DNA of 64,000 bases from Tubiluchus corallicola (GCA_030141605.1 JAQGDQ010000084.1:434001-498000); one strand, 5' to 3'. Positions 26,201-38,600 are shown, numbered from the stretch's first letter. Made by a program: numbers and translations. Notes: a model not told the origin generated them from the letters alone.

Positions 26201-27526
26201 AATTTAAAGCTGTCATCGATTATCTTCTCAACTGTCTCAAGCCGGTTATTCGACGAGTCAGAAACGGATATCACCACGTGAGCCTGCAGCCGTGAGCGGA
26301 CATCCCGTCAATCGCAGACACATTTCACCACAGTCGGCAAACTCTATGAATGCAAGGTTATCTCCCTATGGACCCGGTGGAAATACTCACTCTGCAACAC
26401 AGTCAACTGGTTCAGGTTGTTGCCGCTCACAAGCTCAGGTAAGACACTCTGAAAGTGTGTTAATGTTGTCACTTAGTTATTAGCAATTGCATATTAACTA
26501 ATCACAAGTTGTTTGTATTTAACAGATAATAGTAGTTGTGTTATTAGCTATCTCACAGTGAAGTAAGTTTTGGCTAAATCTCATTTACAGCTTATAAAAT
26601 GTGTCTAACGATACTGCAGTGTATACAATTTTTTTTTGATGAAGAATTGCTTTGGTTGGTGACAAGATAACGGCTTCATTGTTCAGTCAAACTTCTTTAC
26701 TCTGCCTCCTTTGTGTCTGCAAAAAAAAGTTGGTTTTATAATGAGTTTGCCATTATAGTGAGGTGTGATACGTGTTGTTGGACATGCATTTGCGATTCTT
26801 AATTTAAAGTACTAAAAGAATAATTTAATATGTGCTGCCACTTACATTTAAAATTATGTTTAATTTAAGTGATTCAAGTTTAATCCAGGTTGTGGCCTTG
26901 GTCGATGCTGCTCAGTCACCTGTACCTGCTGGGCTTCCCATATATGGTAGTGTTGATTGCTAGTGTGTTTTATTAGCCAATCAGGGTAAGCTAAGTGGAT
27001 GCATGTGACTTGGGTAGCTCTGCCAAGGCCAACCTGGAGTTTTTTCTTCTTGAGCATTGCTATTGAGTGATCACCATGTGTGTTCTTTCCTGTAAATAAT
27101 AGTATAATATGTAAATAGAAATAAAGTTTTTCACAGTTCAACACAATTTCATAGTTTTGTTGTAACCACCAGAGTGAACCAGTCTACAACAGTCTACACT
27201 AACTTTAATAAACTTCAAGTTTTCTACAAAATCAATCCTTCTAGTTAAAAGTTTCTACACATGTCTATGAAAATGTAGATATTTTGTTTTGCTAAAAATT
27301 TGGGCATTAAGCGAGGTTGGCATTATGGGGGGGGGGGGGGGCTGGTCATTATAACATGGTTTGATTGTACTGACTTACATTTAGTGAGTACTGTACTGAG
27401 TCACGGTAAATGTTTCAGGATGCTCTAATTGTGAATCAATTTTTAATGCTAGCTCTATTTGCTGATATATAGGGCGACTACCCCAGCGTCTCTTCGATAT
27501 ACGGTCAATATCATCAAGAGATTTAA
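10368..27526 (+). CDS. RNF212: RNF212/Zip3/ZHP-3-family meiotic crossover RING (SUMO/ubiquitin) E3 ligase, about 366 aa, 14 coding exons
   Basis: Phase-consistent GT-AG exons: 10368-10476, 11583-11644, 12867-12941, 14786-14851, 15713-15771, 15900-15957, 16427-16452, 18762-18799, 20313-20376, 21387-21432, 23003-23114, 24927-25029, 26210-26438, 27473-27526 (stop). N-terminal C3HC4 RING MADWIHCNGCYKQ...TNCGHIYCKDC...CKMC, then LKPEVQLFF, a coiled coil (FQAGHRQR...ENKKLEEENRLLKK), an S/P/Q-rich tail and RVSVRTPPIDGRMG, which matches RNF212 RISMISPPQDGRMG. The last exon is uncertain (alternative acceptor at 28082). Confidence 0.9.
11098..11524. mobile_element. pogo/Tc1-like MITE family C; partial second copy at about 32850-33010
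   Basis: TA-CAGTCAATCTCGG(G/A)TATAA...TTATATCCGAGGTTGAGTG-TA with TATAAGGGAC subterminal repeats; reverse-complement match at 32850-33010. Confidence 0.75.
11750..12110 (+). mobile_element. Dispersed repeat family B (other copies about 33380-33690 minus, 39742-40085, 57241-57660, 63803-64000)
   Basis: Shared core GCATCAGTTCAGTAACTTCAGTTGTTTT...AAATGAACTAGGTAAG and inverted repeat GGTCAAAGGTTAAGTGTACC / GGTACACTTAACCTTTGACC. Confidence 0.8.
12455..12720 (+). repeat. Dispersed repeat family J (other copies about 4480-4680, 19255-19410, 37175-37440)
   Basis: Shared CACTTTGTTTACATC...CAGTGTAACCAC...GCATAGGAGCGGCCTGTACTAG...GTGAGTCTAATACAC. Confidence 0.7.
13075..13800. mobile_element. MITE family F copy in an RNF212 intron
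   Basis: Reverse-complement match to 53208-53934; decayed termini TCCTTCAGGAC...GTCCTTGAGTTAA. Confidence 0.75.
16501..17316 (+). repeat. 47-bp minisatellite, about 17 copies, inside a TIR element (about 16490-17693)
   Basis: Unit TAACCGTTTAACCGACAGCTAGCTGGTGTAACCATTTAGAAAATCAC, head-to-tail with no unique spacers; flanked by GCTGAGATGGTTA...TAACCATCTCAAC inverted ends. Confidence 0.92.
17883..18130 (+). repeat. Dispersed repeat family H (reverse copies at about 21940-22425 and 39070-39365)
   Basis: GTGGAACTGCAGCACCC(T/C)CTATTTTCACTC...GTCGCTCACACAG; explains the similar track ORFs 17886, 22237 and 39119. Confidence 0.75.
19838..20248 (+). mobile_element. tRNA-derived SINE, MetaSINE-like, with an expanded (ATT)/(GTT) tail
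   Basis: Pol III A box TAGTCTCGTGG (19850) and B box GAGTTCGAACC (19892), followed by CCGGGTCATACCAAAGACTTTAAAAATGGTACC...CCCTGCCTGACAC (resembles the Meta domain as I recall it), AATAAA and a trinucleotide tail. Confidence 0.75.
20092..20248 (+). repeat. Compound (ATT)n/(GTT)n/(ATC)n microsatellite
   Basis: Directly visible; produces the poly-N/Y/I/L track ORFs. Confidence 0.97.
22007..22317. mobile_element. pogo/Tigger-like MITE family E, nested in a family H copy
   Basis: TA-CAGTGTTCCCTCACTTATCGCG...CGCGAAGTAGTGAAGGAACACTG-TA; longer sibling at 49876-50305. Confidence 0.85.
24081..24893 (+). mobile_element. MITE family A copy with an internal duplication of about 135 bp
   Basis: Same termini and body as 1714-2359; segment about 24165-24290 repeated at about 24305-24430; TA on both flanks. 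Confidence 0.8.
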
Positions 27527-27749
27527 CAGCATCTTCTATTCTATCTACCTTAACGTTGGCTCCGTAACTCCCATTCGTGTAAATCTGAGTGTAGACTTAT
27601 ACTGCTTCTAATGCATTCTACGTTTTTATCACTGTCTGTTTATTATCACCATTAATTTTGTAGTTGGATATGCAGCATGTATTTTCTATTCGTGTGCACC
27701 TTGGGAGTATTTAGTACTTATAATAGAAACTCAGAAGCATATCATACTA

Positions 27750-28004
27750 TATACTCAAGACTTCAAAGACGGTGTTCTGCTATTTTAAAAGTAATCGTGG
27801 TCAGCTGATGTCCAGACCTCTTATACGGAGAAAGTATTATACTCAAGAGTTCAAAGACGGTGTTTCGCTAATTTAAAAGTGATCGTGGTCAGCTGATGTC
27901 CCGATCTCTTATATGGAGAAAGTATTATACTCAAGAGTTCAAAGACGGTGTTTCGCTAATTTAAAAGTGATCGTGGTCAGCTGATGTCCCGACCTCTTAT
28001 ACGA
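27750..28004 (+). repeat. 88-bp tandem repeat, about 3 copies
   Basis: Unit starts TATACTCAAGA(C/G)TTCAAAGACGGTG at 27750, 27838 and 27926. Confidence 0.92.
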
Positions 28005-28254
28005 AAAAAGAATTTAAATAAGTAAAAATTTCCATATTATTTTATTATATAAAATTTTCTAATATTTTTTTTAATCTTCAGGTACCAAGGAGCCAGATAG
28101 CTGCAAAGCTTTACCGGAATTTCTAAGGATGCAACACAAGACTTTAATAGCTGGCATTCTTATACACCCCAATGAACATACAATGGATTTATTGTATCAA
28201 GTTGAAGTGGCATGTTATGTAAAAACCTAGTTTGGTACACTCGCTACAAGTGGT

Positions 28255-28462
28255 TGTTTAAGATATTTTCCACTTGTGAAAAGCTTTATGTAGAAAACTC
28301 CTGGGGTTGTTTACAAAAGTGGAGTTTATTATTTGTGAAAAACTTTATGTAGAAAACTCCTGGGGCTGTTTACTAAAATGGAGTTTTTTATTTGTGGAAA
28401 GCTCTATTAGAAAACTCCTGGGGTTGTTTACTAAAATGGAGTTTTTTATTTGTGGAAAGCTT
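28255..28462 (+). repeat. About 59-bp tandem repeat, about 3.5 copies
   Basis: TTGTTTAC(T/A)AAA(A/G)TGGAGTTT...TGTG(A/G)AAAGCT...AGAAAACTCCTGGGG repeated. Confidence 0.85.
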
Positions 28463-28717
28463 ATAATTGTAATTTATTCTAAACACTACTGTGGGCTGGG
28501 GGTGAGCATCGGACGTTCCAATTCGATTTGAACGAGTTTTGATTCTAACCTAAAATTATTGAATAATTCAGCACTTCAGCCTCACACGCAGGTATTTTAT
28601 GTGTTTATGTTATATGGTAATTTTAATATTTTCAAATGTATATTAAAATGCAATGAATGTTGTTCGAGAGTTGGTTTTCCCTTTAAATCATGCTCTGTGC
28701 TAATGTAGTCAAAGCTA

Positions 28718-29062
28718 CGGGTGAGCATCAAACGTTCGAATCGAATCCGAACTGCAGATTCGAATAATTCAGCACTTCAATCACATACGTTCTTTAGCAT
28801 TAATAACGTTTGAAACTTCATCCAATTAGCACAATTTAGCTGTGATTTCTGTGTGCATTTTTTAAATAAATTATTAGTGATTTTACTGCAGAACAAAATT
28901 GAATAATGTGTATTGTCTCTGCAAGACCGCTTTTTACTGGTGGTTCGAAAACTTGTTTGAAAAACAGAGTTTGAATTCGAAATACTGAAAGTCTGTTCGA
29001 TTCGATTCGAAAGTCGCAAATTCGATTCGAATTCGTTTTCTGGTAGAGAATGCTCATCCCTA
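28718..29062. mobile_element. hAT-like MITE with TTCGAA/TTCGA subterminal repeats; duplicated left end at about 28499-28590
   Basis: GGGTGAGCATC...ATGCTCATCCCTA inverted ends; TTCGATTCGA arrays. Confidence 0.6.
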
Positions 29063-29804
29063 ATATTTGATAACTGCTCTGTATTTACTGTATTAACTGC
29101 TTAGTATTTACTAAGCTCAGATGCCCTACTGTGGACTCACCTTTCATTTGATAACCTAATTCGTTTTCAATGTGGTGGTCTCTGTTAACTTTAAATACAT
29201 ACTGTAAAACTTGTCCTGGTCCTGTGTACGTTTATATGCTGTTTATAGGCAGGCACCTGTGTTGCTGTAAATTGCTGATTTCTTATGATCTCACTGCGCA
29301 CTGTTGTATTTCGGATGCGTTTTGGATTAACCAAGTAGCGCAAAACAACAGCAAAGCGTTAAGTTATTTACAGTGAAAAAGAGAACAGTAATATTTGTAC
29401 GGTTCTTGCCTTCATCTACCGTCAAACATGTTTCTTACAGTTTAAGGATGCTGAGGAATCGGATCAACTGTGATTCGGTTTAATGTGGTTTTCGGCAATG
29501 TGCTTAGTGTGTGTGATAAACAACGTTAATGTTTCAAATTTTAGAGAGATTGAAACGAATTTTTCTTTAACTTAGTGCAAAGAAAAATGGAGAAAATGAT
29601 TTAAAAAACTGTTATTACATTTTGAAGATGTTTTCATATCATTGTTAATATTTTTGCCAATTCAAGTTGTTCATTATTACAAAATATATAATATGTTTTG
29701 TCACTATATTCAATGTAGTAATATAATTTAACTTGCTATCTGTATGTTTGTTTTTGTACGCAAGTGCAGGTTGCTGAGCAGAGACTGTTAGTAATTTATT
29801 AGTA

Positions 29805-30384
29805 CAGTAAACTCCGTGTAACTCAAAATCGCACAACTCACATTTTTGCCCAATTTAAAGAATTTCAGAGGAACAGATGAAATCCTTCCTGTTTCCAACA
29901 AAAAAGCATCGCTTAACTCAAAATTTCGCCTAATTCAAATAAAAAATTATAGTCCACTTAATCGAAAAATGTAATTTACTTCGCCTAAGTAAAAAATGCA
30001 ATTTATACTCTAGAAAAGTAAAAAGTTTCACACAACTGAAAAACAGCATCGTCTTCGGGAAAATTCTGATGTCTTACAAGTCGCGTCCCCGATTATTTTC
30101 TCCGGGATTGATCTTTCCGGGAAAGTCTCAGTCGTATTGTTTAACAGTTTTGTGCACGTGTTCTTTTGTAACATAAAAAATCGAGTTTCACTACATAATT
30201 TGTTATTCTTTATGTAATTATCATCAAGTCTCGTCGTTTATGTATAGAATGGTTGACTTTCTGCCTTCTATTTAGCTCACCGTCTGGAGGAGGGGTTTAG
30301 AGTCTCTATGCTGGAAAATGGTCAACATCGCCTAACTCAGTTTTTTTTGGGTCCGGTTGGATTTGAATTATGCGGAGTTTACTG
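29805..30384. mobile_element. pogo/Tigger-like MITE family D (other copies 50382-50816 and about 20860-21290)
   Basis: TA-CAGTAAACTCCG...TGCGGAGTTTACTG-TA; shared body TTTCACTACATAATTTGTTATTCTTTATGTAATT...CTGGAGGAG. Confidence 0.85.
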
Positions 30385-30853
30385 TAGTTATAAATTGATA
30401 TTTTTTGAAGATTAAAGTTGAATTTTGTAAATATATTTAAAATGTCTATTTTTCAAATTTAAAAGTAAAGTAATTTAATATTGATGAACTGTGATTCTAA
30501 GGTCAAGCTTCTATGTCATAAAATTCTTATTTCTATGTGTAAGTTGTAGGCTTGGCACTTTTTCGTACATTTACTTAACAGTATTATTGCAGTTTATCAA
30601 AACAAATGTGATATAGCCAAATTTTTATTTACAATTTATTTAATGTTTATTACTCTCTTAGGATGCAAATATATAGTTAAAACATTTTTAATATTCCTAA
30701 ATCTTCGTGGATTTTTAACAATGTACAGAATTTACTTCCTGTCATGATATTGCTTATTCACTTATTAACAGTGCTATATTTCGATTAAAAGTTGTAAAAA
30801 AATCCCCTCTGTTGGTACATTAATTTTTGAGCTGAATGAACTGCTAGTTTAAT

Positions 30854-31279
30854 CAGGGGGGTATCAAGACTTTACGATGCCCTAGGCTGATAATGCTGTC
30901 CCGCCCATCTCTATTGTAAATTTATGGTTGCTTATGTAAGGAGCAGATTAAACAAGTACTTGTGGTGTATTAGAAACATTCGTTAAGCTAGTTTCTAGGT
31001 GGTCATTATTAATTACATGTATTTGCATAGCACTTATATACAAGCAGGCTGTGCAACTACTTGCGCAATGCCTTGCACCTGTTCGTTATGTGGCAGTTAT
31101 ATAAAAGCTGCTCTCAGTAACTGCCTGTGCTGTGTTATAAAAAATGCGCCCTTTATATAAATATCAAAGAATACAAATTTTCCGAGGAGAATAAGAATTT
31201 TTTTCTAAAATGTGACGCCCACAAACTTTGGCACCCTAGGCTATAGCCTAGTTAGCCTATTGATTAATACACCCCCATG
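30854..31279 (+). mobile_element. hAT-like MITE family I; second copy at about 14895-15241
   Basis: CAGGGGGGTATCAA...TTAATACACCCCC ends; body nearly collinear with 14920-15240 (GCACCCTAGGCT(A/T)TAGCCTAG). Confidence 0.7.
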
Positions 31280-31580
31280 TTTAATGCTTGACAAAAAATG
31301 CGGCTCTTAAATTACAAACCACTGTAGTTGCATTTGCTTCAACACGCTGTCAGTAGGAATTTATACAATTTCTCCATTGTTTTTAACATTCTACAGAAAA
31401 GAAGTCGTTAGATAATATTTTATTTGCATACGCACACCATGCAGGAGCACTGAAACATTGCAAAACTTGTGTGGTCGCAGAACCCATGCTGTCTATTATT
31501 ATGCAGAAGATGAATCTCTGTTTGTAATATTTAAACAAAAATTATCACTTATTTAACGGTACTATCTGCTATTGATAAAA

Positions 31581-32334
31581 TGTGTGCTTGGAAAGCAAAA
31601 CCGTCTATGAGTCGGCAATTAAGCCTTTCTAGTTATTCTCATATTCTGAATCTCCATTTCCTGAGGATCATTTTGATACCAAGTTCATCACTCTACGTTA
31701 TTTCTAAGCTGAGATATTCCACGTTGAAGTTGAACAGCAGGCTACGCAGTGAAAAACATAACCTTGAGAAAATCACTATTAATTGTCTATGAGTCGGCAA
31801 TTAAGCCTTTCTAGTTATTCACATAAAGTCAGCCATTGTTTTTTGTCGCATTTCTGCAAAACACTTAGCAACCGCACAAACGTTGGTTGCTACGGACTTT
31901 GCAAGAACACATTGAAGTTATCATTAAATCCACTAGATGGCTTTTGCAGACGAAAATCTGGGCTGGCAACAGAAAAAGCCTGAAGCAGAATGGCTGCTTC
32001 CACGAGCTACAACTGGAGTTTAAAAAAACAAGTTTGAATGGCTGCTTCCACGAGCTACAACTGGAGTTTAAAAAAACAAGTTTTTTACAATTGCAGCACT
32101 AGTCTTTAGGCAGAAAAGCGGGTAGAGGGTTATAAAACTAGATTTTTAGTTTTTTAGAATTTTCCCGATGATCTGGTGGTAGAATATAAAAGTCCAACAT
32201 ATATTTAGCATTTGTTTTTATAAAATACAAAAAAGTGACATTTTACCAAATTTTTTGAGTCATTCTACTTTGAAGTACCATAACGTAGTTTTAACTATGC
32301 CGACTTATGGACAGTTTTGGTTTGCAAGCACACA
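31581..32334 (+). mobile_element. MITE family A copy with internal rearrangements
   Basis: Same TIRs and body; internal direct repeats (about 31604-31640/31784-31820 and about 31989-32033/32037-32082). Explains track ORFs 31580-32102. Confidence 0.8.
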
Positions 32335-32688
32335 AATAACATTTGGTAAGAATAAATGATGTCACATATAATGACTGCAGTCATAATTTAAATTTGCAAA
32401 GGTTAAATTTCGCTCAATTAACAGTGGGGAAGTGATTTAAACATTAAAAGAATTGTTTACATTGCTGATTTTTTACGTTTATCCAGTAATTTGAATGTAA
32501 TCTGAATGTATACTCATTTAAAAACATGTGAAATACATTTTTAAGTGCGATAGTTTTCACAATAATCTGTTACATCTTTACTGTGTGTAATTATAAATGC
32601 TTATAACTGATCACATAGCCTCTATTATACATAAAATCACAGTTGGCACAAAACTGCAGAGCTCCAGTAATTAAAAACAAACAAACAT

Positions 32689-35600
32689 TTATAACTGGAA
32701 ACCTTCAGGTAGGTTTGCTAAACCATCTTCTTTGTTGGCTGGAAGTGATATGTCTGAAATGTACAAAAGCATTTGTAATAAATTATGCAGCACCTTGAAT
32801 ACTAAATACGGCATTCGTGATAAATTGTGCAGCACATTGGATACTAAATACAGTCAACTTCGGATATAAGGGACACCTCCGGAACGGAAAAAATTGTCCC
32901 TTATATCCGATGTCCCTTATAGCCACAGTTGACTCAGATGAGTTGCGAAAAATTGAGGTTAAAAATCGACCAATTTCGCTTTGATCATAGGGTCCCTTAT
33001 ATGAGAAGGTAATTTACCTACTGTTAGTTAACTTTCTAAGCTAATTATTCAAATATAAGAAACAATTGCTAACTTTTATAGCAATAAAACGTATATTTTG
33101 GACAGTAAAATAAAATGAGATGAGTCTAAACAATCGTCTGGTTTTCCTTTAATGAGCAGACCTTGATGACCAGTTTAATACCAACATCACGTCTGTACGT
33201 TGCTTCTAACCCGAGATATTGCAATCTATAATTGAGGAGGCAAGTTATATATTTTGTGAAAATAAAACTGACAAATTGGCTTTCAAAGTATAAGAGCAAA
33301 TTCTTGAAAATTTCATAGCAACCATGATAGGCATTGGTTACTATGGATTCTATGCACTACTCAGAATTCTAAATAAGCCTTTTCACAGTTCCAGCGATTG
33401 ATCGTGAAAACATCAAAGGTTACGTGTACCAGACAACGCATTTGTGTGTACACTTGACAATGCCTCGCAGTCCATGCTATTGTAATAGTAACAGTTTTAA
33501 CAGGTAGTTATAATCTTACCTAGTTCATCTTTTCTTGTTCTCAAGCAAGATCATGCAGGTAAATCACTCTACACACAGACAAATGCATAATTAAGTAGAG
33601 TTCACATAAAACAACCGAAGCTACTGAACTGATGCAGCAGACGGCTTTGCTTTACACACGTCTCGTGATGGTTGTAGTTAAGATGCATTTGACCTACAGC
33701 AAACGCGCGGGCGCACAATGAAACTGTGAAAAGACTTATTGTTATTGTAAAATGCACTAGAAAGTGGTCATGATGAACTTACTTTACACAAATTGTTGGC
33801 AATTATGGCTAATTGTTTTCTTACCTGAGTGACCCTTAAATAAAAGTATGTTATTGCAACAGTAAGTACCCAACATTTGCTTCTACGATGAGTGTTCCTT
33901 ATTTGCGAAGTAAATTGCATCATCTATGGCAAGTTCCTAATACTAATTATTAAAAACGAAATCTGCTTTCTATATGATACTATTGTTGGCACTGCAATGA
34001 CTTACCAATTTGTTTTGGATAAGGCAGTCCGAGGTTATTCATAATGTTAATAAACTCCTCTTTGCCTTTTCCTAACCTGGGGTTCAATCGTTTTTCTTCA
34101 TTAACGGTAGTTACTGATCTGCCTGGTAGACAAACGAAGTACTATATTTTCATACTATAATGATAGTTAATACATATTGTTACTGATTATAGTTTTTCTA
34201 AAGGAAAGGACAAATCGCCTAGCATGTTGGGATTATTTTACTCTTATCACAAAATTTAGAAGAACTGTCTATAAAGCATGAAGTTAGTTTAAGCTACAGC
34301 TGTACAGAAATTTTTAGGCATGGTGGCGGCTGCCATTCAGTTGAGAATTATGATATATTGGTGGACTTTGTGACTTTTCATAAATACATCATGGGTTTGT
34401 GTAATTGGGCATTGCTTTAACTAATTCGAACTTCTGCAGCTTATCCAATTTTCATGCAAAAATATCACAAAATTAGCTATCTGATTTTTTGCAAAACTTA
34501 TTATGGCTTTGAATAAAATTGACAGTGCGTTAGTTTTTTCAGTCGTTGAATGACGTCATTGGTGGAAGAACAGGTGTTCAAAATGGGAGCACTCGAGCAT
34601 GAAATGATCGCGACTCTGAAGTGATTTTACTGTTACACGAGTCGCTTATTCCAGTTTTATCACTAAACCCTTCTATTACTTTTCGCGAACATTGAAATAA
34701 GCCCAACTTCTCGGAAGGCTTGACCTTTCCTTTAAGTGAATATGAATAGAAACACTATAAAAGGCATGTTGTTCTTCTCAGTAAGTGTTTCTCGCTGTGT
34801 GTAAAAATTTATACTTTTGATGGAAATTGACAGCGTGACATTATTATCATATATATTAATTTTGCCGGTATAGATATATATACCGACGGATATAAAACCG
34901 ACGAGGCTACAGCTCCAACGACGGTACCATTCTTGACGATCTATACGTCAAACGAAAGGTCTCCCTCCACCCAGGGGTTTATCTTTCGAATCAGGCCCAC
35001 CGGGGAGGAACAGGGGCCGAAAAACCTCCAAAAATGCTTTGCAAAACTTATACGTCTTATTTCTAGAGAACGGGAACATCATGGGGGCAGTGCCAGTAAT
35101 GGTTGAATGACCTGTTCAATGGTGGGTGTAATAGTCATATTTAGATTTTGTACAGTAAAAGCTGCTATTGGCTTTGTGTTAGGTAAATAAACGAACACTA
35201 GGTAGAATGTTCGCTCATTGTTCATTATAAGTGTATTTATATGCAAAATCTTTTGAGGGGCCTTTGCTAGTTATTATTATTATTATCATCATCATTTTAT
35301 CTGTATAATATCACATATGCCGTGATGCATACATAATTTACATAGTGGTTAGCAAATGACAGTAATGCTTAATTGGTTAAACTATTGGTGTAAGAATGGA
35401 AGCACCCAAAACCTGAATGATCGTGACTTTACAATGATTTTACTAATTAAACGAAGCTGTTATTGCAATTTTACCACTAAATCCTTCTAAGATTTTTCAC
35501 AAACATTGAAATAAGCCAAACTTCCCAGAAGACTTGGCTTAAAATTCCTTTCTTAAGTTTGCTAAATGATACAAGAAAATGTTTTGATAAAAATAGTAAG

Positions 35601-38600
35601 TTTTAACAGTAACTGCATTTTAACTTCATCTCCACAGCCGATAATAATAATTTATAGATTTTGTTTAATTCTTATACTGTATTTTAACATTTAGAACTAA
35701 GTTTTAATTTCACTACTTCAAAATGTCTACAACGATATTACAAAAAGAAGGTACTGTTATATTTAATACAGTGTTTTAATGCAAGGTTTGGAATTTTGAC
35801 AAGACTAATATTTATCTGAAATTAACGATGTCTTTTTCTACCTTTATAATCATGTCCAGGAAACAGCAACGTATCATTTGGTAGAGATAAAATATTGCTC
35901 CATACTGTATCATACAACGTGCCGGGATTACCCTCCTGGAAATCTGTTCTTCCGCAAGCGCGGATGAGCAAAGCATCTCCCGTAAATGCTATCCCAGCTT
36001 CTTTCAGCACGAATGTTACACAACCTGCAGAAGAATGGCAAATACAATGAGCGCGTATTTTGCTTAAACTGTGAACATTTTATCAATGTTGTCATAGCAA
36101 CACAGGTTAAGCCAGCTTAGATTATTAAATACTGTATCAAGCTGGTAAAATGTCATTTGCCTGCATAGCAAAAACGTCCATAAGTCAGCAATTCCAGTCA
36201 TTCACATATCCCGAATCTCCATTTCATGAGGATCATTTTGATACCAAGTTCTTCGCTCTATGTTATTTCTAAGCTGAGATAATCCACGTTGAAGTTTAGG
36301 TGCAGGCTGCGCAGTGAAAAACATAATCTTGAGAAAATCTATCATAACGTAGTTTTAACTATGCCGACTTATGAACAGTTTTGGTTTGCAAGCACACATT
36401 TAAAGTGACTCGGTCATCTAACGAGACTTACCAATTTAAGCCCCGTGTAAGTTGTACACTGTGACACTGGCTAAATTAATAAATAACACCATAACGACTA
36501 ATATACCCGCAACTCATATTCTCACAAAATAAACCATATTTTAACTTCTTGGTAAATTATTTTTAGAATATAGTTTGCTCTATTTGACACGCAACACCTT
36601 TGTTATTATACAGACAGGTATTCAAACTATGGTTAAATGTTGTGAATATGTCAACTATAGGCTTGGACCAGTTTCTTGCCAAGTTACCATTAAGCATTTC
36701 TGGCTGTGGTTTGAACTAGAGCTGTGATAGTAGAAAATATGTCACAACTAGGCAGCCTTCACAGCCAGATCAAAATACAATTATATTATAGGAATTTAGG
36801 AAGTTAAAGTGCAGATAATTTTTGTTTTAAAATTACGAATAGAGCCCACAGCTGCGCCGTTTCAGGTGAGCTCTGCCAATTTATTTGTAACCTCATTTAA
36901 GGCACAGATAATTTTTGTTTTAAAATTATGAAATTACCAGAAGAATTAGCTGCACTGTGAAGAATTTCAAGAACTAATTCCACCCCATTAAATGCAAAAA
37001 GTAATATCCCCGTCAAAGAACCGAATTAAATTTCAGAACAACACTCATTTCTCAGTTTGCTGGACCTAGCTTTTATGGATATCGGAAGAATCGGACAAAA
37101 TCTGGATCATTAGAAGACCCGCATACTACAGACACAGTCCCTTGTTTTGCGAGCTGAGAGCTAGTTGGAGGAACTGTCACTTTGTTTACATCACATACAT
37201 CAGTGTAACCACGTAGAATAGATTATGCAGAGTTATTTGCATCAACGGCCAACAATTTTTATATACTTCTGCATAGGAGCAGCCTGTACTAGACATTTTT
37301 GGAACAATTAGACGATTCATTCTACATTACTGTGAGTCTAATACACGGCGCCTATTGCATTAGCTTAGTAGCGGAAAATACGGACAATCAGCAAATTTGG
37401 ACCGACATCTCACCGCCTTTGTCTGGCAAACCAAGATATGGATGTAATAACAAAAATCAGTACGAAATTATGATGTTACCGTTTGTGTGCCCTGGTGTCT
37501 CTCTTGCTTCCAATTTCTGCAAAATTCATAAGCAAACTATTAACAGCGTAAAATGTTTATAAGATGCCTATTTATCATAGATAAATTTAGTAACCTTACA
37601 GGCAGTAGCTATACCATGCAGTTTTCATAGAAGTCTATAACTAAGTCTTTCAAACAGTTATTATTTGTCACAGTTTTTGCTAGCATTGTAATAGGGCCTG
37701 TATGCTTTTCAGCTGAATATAGTTCAGCTTAGTAAGTTTAAGATAAGTTGGCCTGCCTTCCTGATTTTTCTGCCCGCAGATTTTTTTGCTTATTCAAATG
37801 AGTTTGTATTATCTATGGTTAAAAACAACACAACTCTATTAAAATTTTTACATTAAAAAGTTAAAATCATGCCAAATGTTTCGACTAACTGCTGCTGTCA
37901 TGATCAGTGGTAAATTTACAAACGTACAACCAGTTTATATAGACAGAGCTACTACGCACCAATTAAGTAGTTAACAGAAGCCAAACAAATAATGAATAAA
38001 CAGACCAGTAAAGAAATTGATGTGTTTGCAAATAGGAAAACAGACCTGAAGAAAAGAAATTGATACAGTAACAAATAGCTTAGTGTTTGAAAATAAAGTT
38101 AAAGGAATTGAACTGCTTTGCACTTTAAGAGAAAGCTTATTAGGGTACATAGATAAACTTTCTTTTATTAATAAGTCTCAATTATTTGTAGCTCTGGTCA
38201 AAATGCTGAAATTACTAAAATCAACTTTGTGGCTGAGGCACAAATATGTCCATTAATGCTGGATTGAGGAGAATTTTTCAATTTTTGCCAGTTCTAAAAG
38301 AAATACCCAAATGTTCACAAATTGTTACTTTAAAGTGTCTGAACGTATTGCCATGGTAAGCAGCATTGTGGCTGCTGTATTATCTCTTATAAATTGTTTC
38401 ATCCAGCTTTCTCTGTAGGCATTTTATTTTGTTATTTAATTTCATATTACGCATCCTGTTTGGAACACATTTGTGGAAAGCACTTTTTAGTGCAACTGTA
38501 TAACCAATTTTCACACAGGTGCAATAAAATTTTCCTATACAGTGCATATAGGAAAGTGTTACTGCACTTATGCGAAAGTTGGTATGAAAGTTAAAGTACA

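Noticed and set aside
25533-27367. Pogo-like TIR pair apparently enclosing RNF212 exon 13 (exon capture)
   Set aside because: A second left end (CAGTCAAAC at about 26683) pairs better with the 27367 end, so these look like two separate decayed MITEs on either side of the exon.
31580-32102. Apparent small-protein family (similar ORFs at 1945, 24206, 31580, 56579)
   Set aside because: Chance ORFs within copies of MITE family A; frames and strands are not conserved.
32689-32700. Peroxisomal PTS1 at the ETHE1 C-terminus (FQL)
   Set aside because: Does not fit the [SAC][KRH][LM] consensus.
36432-36470. 39-nt AG/GT-bounded segment in an ETHE1 intron
   Set aside because: The true TPGHT exon is at 37480-37516; this segment has an in-frame stop and no ETHE1 similarity.
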